64,000 nucleotides of DNA from Macrostomum lignano (taxonomy: Eukaryota). Shown piece by piece: positions 10,704 to 24,549 of this stretch. A program made the position numbers and the translations under genes. Position 1 is the stretch's first letter. Each line of letters starts with the position of its first letter. The stretch is from NCBI GenBank assembly GCA_002269645.1, contig NIVC01000255.1, positions 682,001-746,000 of the forward strand. Direction: 5' to 3'. A model generated the notes under the pieces. It was not told the DNA's origin, ran no database searches, and saw nothing but the letters and a program-made list of their open reading frames with translations.

Positions 10704-13700
10704 ATGGCTCTTCAAGCACTCGACAACTTCTTGTTGAAGAAAAGCCTGCTTTTAATCTTTGCTGCTTCTTCAAGTCTGCTTCTGGTTTCTGGCACTGTAG
10801 CTACTCAAGTCTCAGGTAGGGTTGAGTGAGCTTGATTTGATTAACTTTCTTAGTTGTTTTGTTGGGGCACTGGAGAGCCAAAAGTTAGTTAAAGTGAAGG
10901 TAATTTGATTCGGTGTTACGTGTACTTCGTGGGAAAACTCTTTTTTAGGATGTCACAGCAATGACATTTTGAGCAGTTTCCTAGGGACTAAATTGACCAC
11001 TTTTAATTTTGAATAGTTTCTAATTGCGTTTTGAAAGATTTTTTAACATCAGAAAGTCTCACAAACTACAGAAACTCCCACAAACTAAACAGAAACTCTC
11101 ACAAACTAAAAAGAAACTCTCACAAACTAAACAGAAACTCTCACAAACTAAACAGAAACTCTCACAAACTAAACAGAAACTCTCACAAACTAAACAGAAA
11201 CTCTCACAAACTAAACAGAAAATCTCACAAACTAAACAGAAACTCTCACAAACTAGACAGAAACTCTCATAAACTAGACAGAAACTCTCATAAACTAGAC
11301 AGAAACTCTCACAAACTAAACAGAAACACTCACAAACTAAACAGAAACTCCCACAAACTAGACAGAAACTCCCACAAACTAGACAGAAACTCTCACAAAC
11401 TACACAGAAACTCTCACAAACTAAACAGAAACTCTCACAAACTAAACAGAAACTCTCACAAACTACAAAAAACTCTCACAACCTAAACAGAAACTCTCAC
11501 AAACTACAAAAACTCTCACAAACTACAAAAACTCTCACAAACTACAGAAACTCTCACAAACTACAAAAACTCTCACAAACTACAAAAACTCTCACAAACT
11601 ACAGAAACTCTCACATGCTACAAAAACTCTCACAAACTACAAAAACTCTCACAAACTACAGAAACTCTCACAAACTACAAAAACTCTCACAAACTACAGA
11701 AACTCTCACAAACTACAAAAACTCTCACAACCTAAACAGAAACTCTCACAAACTACAAAAACTCTCACAAACTACAAAAAACTCTCACAACCTAAACAGA
11801 AACTCTCACAAACTACAAAAACTCTCACAAACTACAAAAACTCTCACAAACTACAGAAACTCTCACAAACTACAAAAACTCTCACAAACTACAAAAACTC
11901 TCACAAACTACAGAAACTCTCACATGCTACAAAAACTCTCACAAACTACAAAAACTCTCACAAACTACAGAAACTCTCACAAACTACAAAAACTCTCACA
12001 AACTACAGAAACTCTCACAAACTACAAAAACTCTCACAACCTAAACAGAAACTCTCACAAACTACAAAAACTCTCACAAACTACAGAAACTATCACAAGC
12101 TACAAAAACTCTCACAAACTACAAAAACTCTCACAAACTACAGAAACTCTCACAAACTACAAAAACTCTCACAAACTACAGAAACTCTCACAAGCTACAA
12201 AAACTCTCACAAACTACAAAAACTCTCACAAACTACAGAAACTCTCACAAACTACAAAAACTACTACTGAGCAGTGGAGCTCAGAGCCTGCAAACTGTAA
12301 CCCAACTAGCAAAACCTGTTAAGCCGTAAAACTCAGGAAAGTTTTAAATAATCCTTCACCAGGGTTTGATGCATTTTCAACTCAACAGCATCAATTTATC
12401 ATCGAATCTGAGCAGGAGTTTCCTAGAAAGCTCCCTTAATCCGTCTCAGTGTGCATTGAGCTGGAGCTTGGATCATGAGGATTAACTGAAAACTCTACGA
12501 TTCGAAGAAAAACTTCTCAAAGATTCCCAACTAGAAAAATTCAACAAATACCTCAACAGTCTGCTGTCAGTAGTAAAAAAAGAATAATAACGACGATTTT
12601 ATTACTCGTAGTTAATTGTAAAAAATCGAAATAAAGAATTTCTCTGACAGCGAAAATTAATTATAATGCTGCTGAATTAAAGCAGAAAAACACCTGCATA
12701 AAAAAGTGTTTTTTGTCAAAAAAGAAAAACATATTTTGATGCTCGCGTGCACCCAGTAGGCAGCAAGCAGATGATCAGGAGAGGCCTAAAAGCTCACCAC
12801 AGTCTGAATAACGAAGTTATCCCAGTCAATATAGATCAGAGGTAGAGCAAAGGGCCGCTGAGGCGTGTTACAAAGCGAGGCGACGTGGCGTTTTGAGTTT
12901 TTGCTTCGAGCTGCTCCACAAATTCGACCAGGCAAGGCGGGAGGAAGACTGAGAATAGAGAGACAAGCTGCGAGCTGAGTCTCTCTCTTCCCCATGGTCT
13001 GTTGACAAATAAACTGACGAATTGCGAGTGGCGAATCTCTACTAAAAAGGCCATACCGTCGCTTGTGGATTCCCTTAGCTACACGCCTCTCGAACAAGGG
13101 ACATCACAGACATGCACGGCAGACCAACTGGACTCTTGACTCTTTGTTCCATCATAGTCTTTGTAGCCAGCAGATGCAGCGAATGCTCTGCGTTCAATCA
13201 GTCCACTTGGACTGACGAACAAAGACTTCTGCATCGAATATTGTCCTCGTACGATCCGGCATCCAGGCCGACAATTCATGCTGGCAAAACTGTTGAAGTT
13301 CGATTCCAGATAGCCATGGTGCAGATCTCTCAGCTGGTGAGTTTGGTTTATCCTCCCTGATTCCCCATCTATCACCACCCCAGCAGGAGCGCTCGAACCC
13401 AGGCCTGGTCGGGTTAAACCGGACGAACAGAGACTGATGGAGGCGATGATGCAGCGTTACGACGCCTCCGTTCGTCCGGTGATCAACGCGTCCGATCAGG
13501 TCACGGTGACGTTCGGCTTCGCACTGATCCTCATCACGGATATGGTTTGCCATACCTGCAGTCATTTATCAAGATTTTTATACCTTAATTATCTAACTTG
13601 AAAGCAACTGAAAGCTTCTGAATAATATTATCCATTATTGTTTTCTTTCTGTTTCAGGACGAGGTCAACCAGGTTCTAACGACAAACGTTTGGCTTGAAC

Positions 13701-16700
13701 AGGTTGGCTTGAAATGTACTTTTAGAAATGAGCGATCCGTCATAGCACTGACTTAAAGTCCTTGAAGACATTCTGATAATCACATATCACATATCGCGGT
13801 GTATCTTAAGAAAATTGCAGTATAATAGAGACACTAAAAGCGATTTATCTTAGAAATAAGTTTGAGACCACTGTGTGCATAGCAGAGTGTGTTAAACTGG
13901 GTAGCAACAGTCTATGGCCAGCCCTGCTGACCAACCCAAAAGCTGGGCAGCGATAGTCTATGGCCAGCCCTGCTGACCAACCCAAAAGCTGGGCAGCGAT
14001 AGTCTATGGCCAGCCCTGCTGACCAACCCAAAAGCTGGGCAGCGATAGTCTATGGCCAGCCCTGCTGACCAGCCCAAAACTGGGCAGCGATAGTCTATGG
14101 CCAGCCCTGCTGACCAACCCAGACTGCAAGCTTAAAAATCCACAGATTATTTTTTCGACCTCCCTAGCAACACTGCTGCTGTCATCTTAGCAGTAATATA
14201 TGGTTGGTCAGAGGGGGACTAAGACGATTTTATCATGGTTTGGTGACCATAAGATAAATTATAAATATTTAATAAAACATCTTGCACTTTCCAACTATAG
14301 GCGGCAAAAAAGGCATTGACAGATAAAAAGAAGAAAAGTTTTATCCTTAAAGAGAAGCATGATTGCTTTCTATAACTTCTCTCGCAGAATTCGATTCTGC
14401 AACTCAATTTTCTAGAGAGAATGAAATGTATAAACATGTACTTTTTGTCTATGCAGAACCTAATGATTGCTAATGTGCATAGGCTTAGGGAATTTCGTGT
14501 TCCTATTAGGGGAGCAGCTGGGATGCGAGACTGCCCGATCTGCTCTGTCGCTGTTCGAGTTTAGCGAGTGCTTCACCGCCGCCGCCACTTCACTTGAGAA
14601 TCCAGCTGCCTAAAAGAGATGAAGGAGCGGCTTTTGAAGGGATTGAGTCGTGACTTACAAACAGTTCGAAAGTTCGATCTTCGAATCTTTAAAGTTTGGA
14701 AACTTGAAAACTGAATGAAACTTAAGGTTGATTTTTTTACCTTGGATTCATGAAGTCATAAAATCGATTGTTAGGATTCAAATTAGATGTGTCAGTAGCG
14801 CTTAAGTAGATGTGTCAGTAGTGCTTAAGTAGATGTGTCAGTAGTGCTTAAGTAGATGTGTCAGTAGTGCTTAAGTAGATGTGTCAGTAGTGCTTAATTA
14901 GATGTGTCAGTAGTGCTTAATTAGATGTGTCAGTAGTGCTTAAGTAGATGTGTCAGTAGTGCTTAAGTAGATGTGTCAGTAGTGCTTAAGTAGATGTGTC
15001 AGTAGTGCTTAAGTAGATGTGTCAGTAGTGCTTAAGTAGATGTGTCAGTAGTGCTTAATTAGATGTGTCAGTAGTGCTTAATTAGATGTGTCAGTAGTGC
15101 TTAAGTAGATGTGTCAGTAGTGCTTAAGTAGATGTGTCAGTAGTGCTTAAGTAGATGTGTCAGTAGTGCTTAAGTAGATGTGTCAGTAGTGCTTAAGTAG
15201 ATGTGTCAGTAGTGCTTAAGTAGATGTGTCAGTAGTGCTTAATTAGATGTGTCAGTAGTGCTTAATTAGATGTGTCAGTAGTGCTTAAGTAGATGTGTCA
15301 GTAGTGCTTAATTAGATGTGTCAGTAGCGCTTAAGTAGATGTGTCAGTAGTGCTTAAGTAGATGTGTCAGTAGTGCTTAAGTAGATGTGTCAGTAGTGCT
15401 TAATTAGATGTGTCAGTAGTGCTTAATTAGATGTGTCAGTAGTGCTTAATTAGATGTGTCAGTAGTGCTTAATTAGATGTGTCAGCAGTGCTTAAGTAGA
15501 TGTGTCAGTATGTGTCCGTCAAAACACAGAATTGAATTTTACTGTATGTCCTGACATATCCTAAGAATCAATTACTGATTATCACAAATTAAACATAGAG
15601 ACCTGTCCACCTGTCAATCAAAACAGGAGTGGCACGACGAGCGGCTGCACTGGGACCCGAAGGACTACAACGGTTTGGAGGTGCTGCGAGTGCCATGTCA
15701 GAAAATCTGGCTGCCTGACATTGTGCTGTACAACAGGTGACATAGTGATTCTACAGACACTGACACACTGATTCTACAGGCACTGACATACTGATTCTAC
15801 TGACACTGACACACTGATTCTACAGACACTGACACACTGATTCTACAGGCACTGACACACTGATTCTACAGACACTGACACACTGATTCTACAGACACTG
15901 ACACACTGATTCTACAGACACTGACACACTGATTCTACAGACACTGACACACTGATTCTACTGACACTGACACACTGATTCTACAGACACTGACACACTG
16001 ATTCTACAGACACTGACACACTGATTCTACAGGCACTGACACACTGATTCTACAGACACTGACACACTGATTCTACAGACACTGACACACTGATTCTACA
16101 GACACTGACACACTGATTCTACTGACACTGACACACTGATTCTACAGACACTGACACACTGATTCTACAGACACTGACACACTGATTCTACAGGCACTGA
16201 CACACTGATTCTACAGACACTGACACACTGATTCTACAGACACTGACACACTGATTCTACAGGCACTGACACACTGATTCTACAGACACTGACACACTGA
16301 TTCTACAGACACTGACACACTGATTCTACAGACACTGACACACTGATTCTACAGACACTGACACACTGATTCTACAGACACTGACACACTGATTCTACTG
16401 ACACTGACACACTGATTCTACAGACACTGACACACTGATTCTACAGACACTGACACACTGATTCTACAGGCACTGACACACTGATTCTACAGACACTGAC
16501 ACACTGATTCTACAGACACTGACACACTGATTCTACAGACACTGACACACTGATTCTACTGACACTGACACACTGATTCTACAGGCACTGACACACTGAT
16601 TCTACAGACACTGACACACTGATTCTACAGTCACTGACACATCAAAGTCAACCGTGACCCCCCCCTACACCTGACGCAGTGCTGATGACTTCACCACAGG

Positions 16701-18646
16701 CTACATGCAGAGCAAGGCGATGGTGGACGCGAACGGCACCGTGTTTTGGCCCCACCCGCCAAGCTGCGATCCACCTGCAAGATCGACATCACGTATTTCC
16801 CGTTTGACGATCAGATTTGCACCATGAAGTTCGGCTCGTGGACCTACGATGGTTATCAAGTGAACATCACCAAGAAGTTGGTTAGATCTTCTGTTCAACC
16901 ATCGAGAAATTTTTATTTAAATCACGTGACATCTTGACAACACTTTCAGGCGCGAGGAAGTGGACTTTCAAATTATGTTCAAAGCGGAGAGTGGAATCTG
17001 ATTCGAATCGATGTGGAACGGCAGGAGGTGAGATCAGTGACCTGGATTTGGAACCTAAGGAAATTGATGTGGAACCTTAAGAAGTAGATATGGAACCTTG
17101 GGAAGTAGATATGGAACTGATGGAAATAGACATGGAACTGATGGAAATAGACATGGAACTGATGGAAATAGATATGGAACTGATGGAAACAGATATGGAG
17201 CTGATGGAAATAAACATGGAACTGATGGAAATAGATATGGAACTGATGGAAATAGACATGGAACTGATGGAAATAGACATGGAACTGATGGAAATAGACA
17301 TGGAACTGATGGAAAAAGACATGGAACTGATGGAAATAGACATGGAACTGATGGAAATGGACTTGGAACTGATGGAAATAGACACGGAACTGATGGAAAT
17401 AGACATGGAACTGATGGAAATAGACACGGAACTGATGGAAATAGATATGGAACTGGAGTGAAATACTGCAATAAATCTATTCGAAACACCAGGGTACTTC
17501 GTTAGGAGTCTTACATGTTAGCAAGTATTGACGCGTATCTCGTAATTTTATTTAGTTTGACTAAACAAGGCCAACAAAAGGTATAAGTTTACAGAGCCTA
17601 GTAAACTTATTAACGCCGAGTACCCAGGGAATGGCAGTGGGCAGTCCAGCGGCCGCCCAAGTCTCTTTAATCAAATTTCTGCCTGGGAAGGCTGCTGCTG
17701 CAGCGGCCGAGCTCTCAATATTTGTGAAGTAGAATTTTGTCTGGACCGCTCCAGATGGTGTCGAGTGAGAGCAGAGCAGATCATGAACTTGATAGGAGCC
17801 TTGGAGCCTTGAGCAAAAGGTTCAATAAGTCTGCTTTGAGTTCTGTTACTGCATTGCAAAGTTGTTCAGCTCGGATGCTTGTTGATCTAGTCTAATTTCC
17901 GGTCTGCTAAGGATCTATTCTCATCGATCGGGGGCTAATCTCAGCTGTATCAGACAAATCTAATCTCAGCGAAATCTAATCTGAGCTGTCTCAGGCAAAA
18001 TCTAATCTCAGCTGTCTCAGACTAAATCTAATTTCAGCTGTATCAGGCTAAATCTAGTCTCAGCTAAATCTAATGTCAGCTGTCTCAGGCTAAATCTAAT
18101 CTCAGCTGTCTCACCTAAATCTAATTTAAGCTGTCTCACCTAAATCTAATCTCAGCTGTCTCAGGCTAAATCTAATCTCAGCTGTCTCAGGCTAAATCTA
18201 ATCTCAGCTGTCTCAGGCTAAATCTAATCTCAGCTGTCTCAGGCTAAATCTAATCTCAGCTGTCTCAGGCTAAATCTAATCTCAGCTGTCTCAGGCTAAA
18301 TCTAATCTCAGCTGTCTCAGGCTAAATCTAATATCAGCTAAATCTAATCTCAGCTAAATCTAATCTCAGCTGTCTCAGGCTAAATCTAATCTCAGCTGTC
18401 TCAGGCTAAAATCTATGAATCTCAGCTAAATCTAATCTCAGCTGTCTCAGGCTAAATCTAATCTCAGGTGTCTCAGTTAAATCTAACCCAAATGTCACCA
18501 GCCAATAAATAAAAAGCTCTACCTCTCCAAAACCATTCCAGACCGTCTACCCCATCAGCCGGTGCCCTACCCGGACATCAAGTTCCACATAGTGATCCGC
18601 AGGCGCACCCTGTATACTGTTCAACATCATCTTCCCTGCCTGTGGC
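10704..18646 (+). CDS. Nicotinic acetylcholine receptor subunit (Cys-loop channel), extracellular domain, isoform using distal exon 1a; truncated by assembly gap
   Basis: Exons 10704-10815 (signal-like), 13387-13544 ([14 protein letters not shown]), 13658-13702 (45 nt, [15 protein letters not shown]), 15627-15736 (110 nt, [16 protein letters not shown]), 16680 to about 16877 (Cys loop [22 protein letters not shown]), 16950-17027 (SNYVQSGEW), 18542-18646 ([16 protein letters not shown]). No TM1-TM4 exons are visible. 1-nt deletions at about 16750 and near the gap edge. Confidence 0.9.
11050..12262. repeat. 19/21-bp minisatellite (AAACTCTCACAAACTA[AA]CAG) in nAChR intron 1a
   Basis: 21-bp variant on the left and 19-bp variant on the right. 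Confidence 0.95.
13112..13336 (+). CDS. Alternative first coding exon (1b) of the nAChR gene: signal peptide plus alpha1 helix and beta1 strand
   Basis: ATG at 13112 opens [27 protein letters not shown]...[21 protein letters not shown]...[11 protein letters not shown]. It ends at a GTGAGT donor in phase 0, in frame with the common exon at 13658. Confidence 0.8.
13909..14121. repeat. 46-bp tandem repeat in an nAChR intron
   Basis: AGTCTATGGCCAGCCCTGCTGACCAACCCAAAAGCTGGGCAGCGAT, about 4.5 copies. Confidence 0.92.
14784..15510. repeat. 23-bp minisatellite (TAGATGTGTCAGTAGTGCTTAAG)
   Basis: About 31 near-perfect copies. Confidence 0.97.
15742..16640. repeat. 23-bp minisatellite (CTGACACACTGATTCTACAGACA) filling an nAChR intron
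   Basis: Starts a few bases after the donor at 15737 and ends about 40 bp before the acceptor at 16679. Confidence 0.97.
17085..17455. repeat. 21-bp minisatellite (ATGGAACTGATGGAAATAGAC)
   Basis: Source of the MELMEID ORFs. Confidence 0.95.
17935..18485. repeat. 26-bp minisatellite (CTAAATCTAATCTCAGCTGTCTCAGG)
   Basis: Direct reading. Confidence 0.93.
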
Positions 18647-19450
18647 NNNNNNNNNNNNNNNNNNNNNNNNNNNNNNNNNNNNNNNNNNNNNNNNNNNNNN
18701 NNNNNNNNNNNNNNNNNNNNNNNNNNNNNNNNNNNNNNNNNNNNNNNNNNNNNNNNNNNNNNNNNNNNNNNNNNNNNNNNNNNNNNNNNNNNNNNNNNNN
18801 NNNNNNNNNNNNNNNNNNNNNNNNNNNNNNNNNNNNNNNNNNNNNNNNNNNNNNNNNNNNNNNNNNNNNNNNNNNNNNNNNNNNNNNNNNNNNNNNNNNN
18901 NNNNNNNNNNNNNNNNNNNNNNNNNNNNNNNNNNNNNNNNNNNNNNNNNNNNNNNNNNNNNNNNNNNNNNNNNNNNNNNNNNNNNNNNNNNNNNNNNNNN
19001 NNNNNNNNNNNNNNNNNNNNNNNNNNNNNNNNNNNNNNNNNNNNNNNNNNNNNNNNNNNNNNNNNNNNNNNNNNNNNNNNNNNNNNNNNNNNNNNNNNNN
19101 NNNNNNNNNNNNNNNNNNNNNNNNNNNNNNNNNNNNNNNNNNNNNNNNNNNNNNNNNNNNNNNNNNNNNNNNNNNNNNNNNNNNNNNNNNNNNNNNNNNN
19201 NNNNNNNNNNNNNNNNNNNNNNNNNNNNNNNNNNNNNNNNNNNNNNNNNNNNNNNNNNNNNNNNNNNNNNNNNNNNNNNNNNNNNNNNNNNNNNNNNNNN
19301 NNNNNNNNNNNNNNNNNNNNNNNNNNNNNNNNNNNNNNNNNNNNNNNNNNNNNNNNNNNNNNNNNNNNNNNNNNNNNNNNNNNNNNNNNNNNNNNNNNNN
19401 NNNNNNNNNNNNNNNNNNNNNNNNNNNNNNNNNNNNNNNNNNNNNNNNNA
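18647..19450. other. Assembly gap (804 N)
   Basis: Run of N. ORFs in the supplied track that cross it are artefacts. Confidence 1.
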
Positions 19451-19974
19451 AGAGACGATCTGTTTTGGGTGAGTATTATCTGCTGTAGAAGTATTGTACA
19501 CCAGAGTACTTGTGTTACTTGGTAGAGCACAATTCAAAAGCAATGCAACAATCTCAGTGGCATTGTTGGGACAAAGCTACAAACGCAATGAATAGTAAAC
19601 ACAGCCCAGCCTAGCTCAAGGCTAGTAATTTGTTGGGCATTTATTGGGACATTGCAGCCAGGCCTATTTTTTGAACAGCATTTGTTGGGTCGCACTTATT
19701 GGGACAATACTGATTCTAATCGCGACTACTTCTGAGTTCTGACTTTTCAAAACAGACCCAGCATTAGTTGAACACGTTCTATTAAAGGGTTCCTTTATAG
19801 CCTATTAATGATTACTAAAGCAAGCCTATCTTAATTGATTTTTTCCTCGCAGATTCTGAAGTCAGCCACGCCAGCGACATGCCTAAGAGACAAGAATGCG
19901 CTTTAACGATCAGCAGCGAGCATTCTGATCTCGCCGCTGCATCCGTCATTTTTCACTTGCTGCTGCAGCAGCAG

Positions 19975-20016
<42 letters not shown>

Positions 20017-20623
20017 GCTATCCGTGCAGGCAGTCAGTCTATTTGTGAATTTTCTGGTGGATCTGAAGAAAACCCGTCCGGCACAGGATTAAAGAGAAAG
20101 AGACGATCTGTTTTGGGTGAGTATTATCTGCTGTAGAAGTATTGTACACCAGAGTACTTGTGTTACTTGGTAGAGCACAATTCAAAAGCAATGCAACAAT
20201 CTCAGTGGCATTGTTGGGACACAAGCTACAAACGCAATGAATAGTAAACACAGCCCAGCCTAGCTCAAGGCTAGTAATTTGTTGGGCATTTATTGGGACA
20301 TTGCAGCCAGGCCTATTTTTGAACAGCATTTGTTGGGTCGCACTTATTGGGACAATACTGATTCTAATCGCGACTACTTCTGAGTTCTGACTTTTCAAAA
20401 CAGACCCAGCATTAGTTGAACACGTTCTATTAAAGGGTTCCTTTATAGCCTATTAATGATTACTAAAGCAAGCCTATCTTAATTGATTTCTTTTCCTCGC
20501 AGATTCTGAAGTCAGCCACGCCAGCGACATGCCTAAGAGACAAGAATGCGCTTTAACGATCAGCAGCGAGCATTCTGATCTCGCCGCTGCATCCGTCATT
20601 TGGTTCACTTGCTGCTCACAAGC

Positions 20624-20659
<36 letters not shown>

Positions 20660-21266
20660 CTATCCGTGCAGGCAGTCAGTCTATTTGTGAATTTTCTGGT
20701 GGATCTGAAGAAAACCCGTCCGGCACAGGATTAAAGAGAAAGAGACGATCTGTTTTGGGTGAGTATTATCTGCTGTAGAAGTATTGTACACCAGAGTACT
20801 TGTGTTACTTGGTAGAGCACAATTCAAAAGCAATGCAACAATCTCAGTGGCATTGTTGGGACACAAGCTACAAACGCATGAATAGTAAACACAGCCCAGC
20901 CTAGCTCAAGGCTAGTAATTTGTTGGGCATTTATTGGGACATTGCAGCCAGGCCTATTTTTTGAACAGCATTTGTTGGGTCGCACTTATTGGGACAATAC
21001 TGATTCTAATCGCGACTACTTCTGAGTTCTGACTTTTCAAAACAGACCCAGCATTAGTTGAACACGTTCTATTAAAGGGTTCCTTTATAGCCTATTAATG
21101 ATTACTAAAGCAAGCCTATCTTAATTGATTTCTTTTCCTCGCAGATTCTGAAGTCAGCCACGCCAGCGACATGCCTAAGAGACAAGAATGCGCTTTAACG
21201 ATCAGCAGCGAGCATTCTGATCTCGCCGCTGCATCCGTCATTTGGTTCACTTGCTGCTCACAAGCC

Positions 21267-21314
<48 letters not shown>

Positions 21315-21923
21315 GCTATCCGTGCAGGCAGTCAGTCTATTTGTGAATTTTCTGGTGGATCTGAAGAAAACCCGTCCGGCACAGGATTAAAGAGAAAGAG
21401 ACGATCTGTTTTGGGTGAGTATTATCTGCTGTAGAAGTATTGTACACCAGAGTACTTGTGTTACTTGGTAGAGCACAATTCAAAAGCAATGCAACAATCT
21501 CAGTGGCATTGTTGGGACACAAGCTACAAACGCAATGAATAGTAAACACAGCCCAGCCTAGCTCAAGGCTAGTAATTTGTTGGGCATTTATTGGGACATT
21601 GCAGCCAGGCCTATTTTTTGAACAGCATTTGTTGGGTCGCACTTATTGGGACAATACTGATTCTAATCGCGACTACTTCTGAGTTCTGACTTTTCAAAAC
21701 AGACCCAGCATTAGTTGAACACGTTCTATTAAAGGGTTCCTTTATAGCCTATTAATGATTACTAAAGCAAGCCTATCTTAATTGATTTCTTTTCCTCGCA
21801 GATTCTGAAGTCAGCCACGCCAGCGACATGCCTAAGAGACAAGAATGCGCTTTAACGATCAGCAGCGAGCATTCTGATCTCGCCGCTGCATCCGTCATTT
21901 GGTTCACTTGCTGCTCACAAGCC

Positions 21924-21965
<42 letters not shown>

Positions 21966-22573
21966 CTATCCGTGCAGGCAGTCAGTCTATTTGTGAATTT
22001 TCTGGTGGATCTGAAGAAAACCCGTCCGGCACAGGATTAAAGAGAAAGAGACGATCTGTTTTGGGTGAGTATTATCTGCTGTAGAAGTATTGTACACCAG
22101 AGTACTTGTGTTACTTGGTAGAGCACAATTCAAAAGCAATGCAACAATCTCAGTGGCATTGTTGGGACACAAGCTACAAACGCAATGAATAGTAAACACA
22201 GCCCAGCCTAGCTCAAGGCTAGTAATTTGTTGGGCATTTATTGGGACATTGCAGCCAGGCCTATTTTTTGAACAGCATTTGTTGGGTCGCACTTATTGGG
22301 ACAATACTGATTCTAATCGCGACTACTTCTGAGTTCTGACTTTTCAAAACAGACCCAGCATTAGTTGAACACGTTCTATTAAAGGGTTCCTTTATAGCCT
22401 ATTAATGATTACTAAAGCAAGCCTATCTTAATTGATTTCTTTTCCTCGCAGATTCTGAAGTCAGCCACGCCAGCGACATGCCTAAGAGACAAGAATGCGC
22501 TTTAACGATCAGCAGCGAGCATTCTGATCTCGCCGCTGCATCCGTCATTTGGTTCACTTGCTGCTCACAGCGC

Positions 22574-22612
<39 letters not shown>

Positions 22613-23221
22613 GCTATCCGTGCAGGCAGTCAGTCTATTTGTGAATTTTCTGGTGGATCTGAAGAAAACCCGTCCGGCACAGGATTAAAGAGAAAGAGAC
22701 GATCTGTTTTGGGTGAGTATTATCTGCTGTAGAAGTATTGTACACCAGAGTACTTGTGTTACTTGGTAGAGCACAATTCAAAAGCAATGCAACAATCTCA
22801 GTGGCATTGTTGGGACACAAGCTACAAACGCAATGAATAGTAAACACAGCCCAGCCTAGCTCAAGGCTAGTAATTTGTTGGGCATTTATTGGGACATTGC
22901 AGCCAGGCCTATTTTTTGAACAGCATTTGTTGGGTCGCACTTATTGGGACAATACTGATTCTAATCGCGACTACTTCTGAGTTCTGACTTTTCAAAACAG
23001 ACCCAGCATTAGTTGAACACGTTCTATTAAAGGGTTCCTTTATAGCCTATTAATGATTACTAAAGCAAGCCTATCTTAATTGATTTCTTTTCCTCGCAGA
23101 TTCTGAAGTCAGCCACGCCAGCGACATGCCTAAGAGACAAGAATGCGCTTTAACGATCAGCAGCGAGCATTCTGATCTCGCCGCTGCATCCGTCATTTGG
23201 TTCACTTGCTGCTCACAAGCC

Positions 23222-23260
<39 letters not shown>

Positions 23261-23860
23261 GCTATCCGTGCAGGCAGTCAGTCTATTTGTGAATTTTCTG
23301 GTGGATCTGAAGAAAACCCGTCCGGCACAGGATTAAAGAGAAAGAGACGATCTGTTTTGGGTGAGTATTATCTGCTGTAGAAGTATTGTACACCAGAGTA
23401 CTTGTGTTACTTGGTAGAGCACAATTCAAAAGCAATGCAACAATCTCAGTGGCATTGTTGGGACACAAGCTACAAACGCAATGAATAGTAAACACAGCCC
23501 AGCCTAGCTCAAGGCTAGTAATTTGTTGGGCATTTATTGGGACATTGCAGCCAGGCCTATTTTTTGAACAGCATTTGTTGGGTCGCACTTATTGGGACAA
23601 TACTGATTCTAATCGCGACTACTTCTGAGTTCTGACTTTTCAAAACAGACCCAGCATTAGTTGAACACGTTCTATTAAAGGGTTCCTTTATAGCCTATTA
23701 ATGATTACTAAAGCAAGCCTATCTTAATTGATTTCTTTTCCTCGCAGATTCTGAAGTCAGCACGCCAGCGACATGCCTAAGAGACAAGAATGCGCTTTAA
23801 CGATCAGCAGCGAGCATTCTGATCTCGCCGCTGCATCCGTCATTTGGTTCACTTGCTGCT

Positions 23861-23907
<47 letters not shown>

Positions 23908-24506
23908 GCTATCCGTGCAGGCAGTCAGTCTATTGTGAATTTTCTGGTGGATCTGAAGAAAACCCGTCCGGCACAGGATTAAAGAGAAAGAGACGATCTG
24001 TTTTGGGTGAGTATTATCTGCTGTAGAAGTATTGTACACCAGAGTACTTGTGTTACTTGGTAGAGCACAATTCAAAAGCAATGCAACAATCTCAGTGGCA
24101 TTGTTGGGACACAAGCTACAAACGCAATGAATAGTAAACACAGCCCAGCCTAGCTCAAGGCTAGTAATTTGTTGGGCATTTATTGGGACATTGCAGCCAG
24201 GCCTATTTTTTGAACAGCATTTGTTGGGTCGCACTTATTGGGACAATACTGATTCTAATCGCGACTACTTCTGAGTTCTGACTTTTCAAAACAGACCCAG
24301 CATTAGTTGAACACGTTCTATTAAAGGGTTCCTTTATAGCCTATTAATGATTACTAAAGCAAGCCTATCTTAATTGATTTCTTTTCCTCGCAGATTCTGA
24401 AGTCAGCCACGCCAGCGACATGCCTAAGAGACAAGAATGCGCTTTAACGATCAGCAGCGAGCATTCTGATCTCGCCGCTGCATCCGTCATTTGGTTCACT
24501 TGCTGC

Positions 24507-24549
<43 letters not shown>

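Noticed and set aside
14784-16640. CRISPR-like appearance of regular 23-bp repeats
   Set aside because: Head-to-tail with no unique spacers, intronic in a eukaryotic gene, and no cas genes.
18547-19543. ORFs spanning the N run
   Set aside because: Artefacts of translating N.
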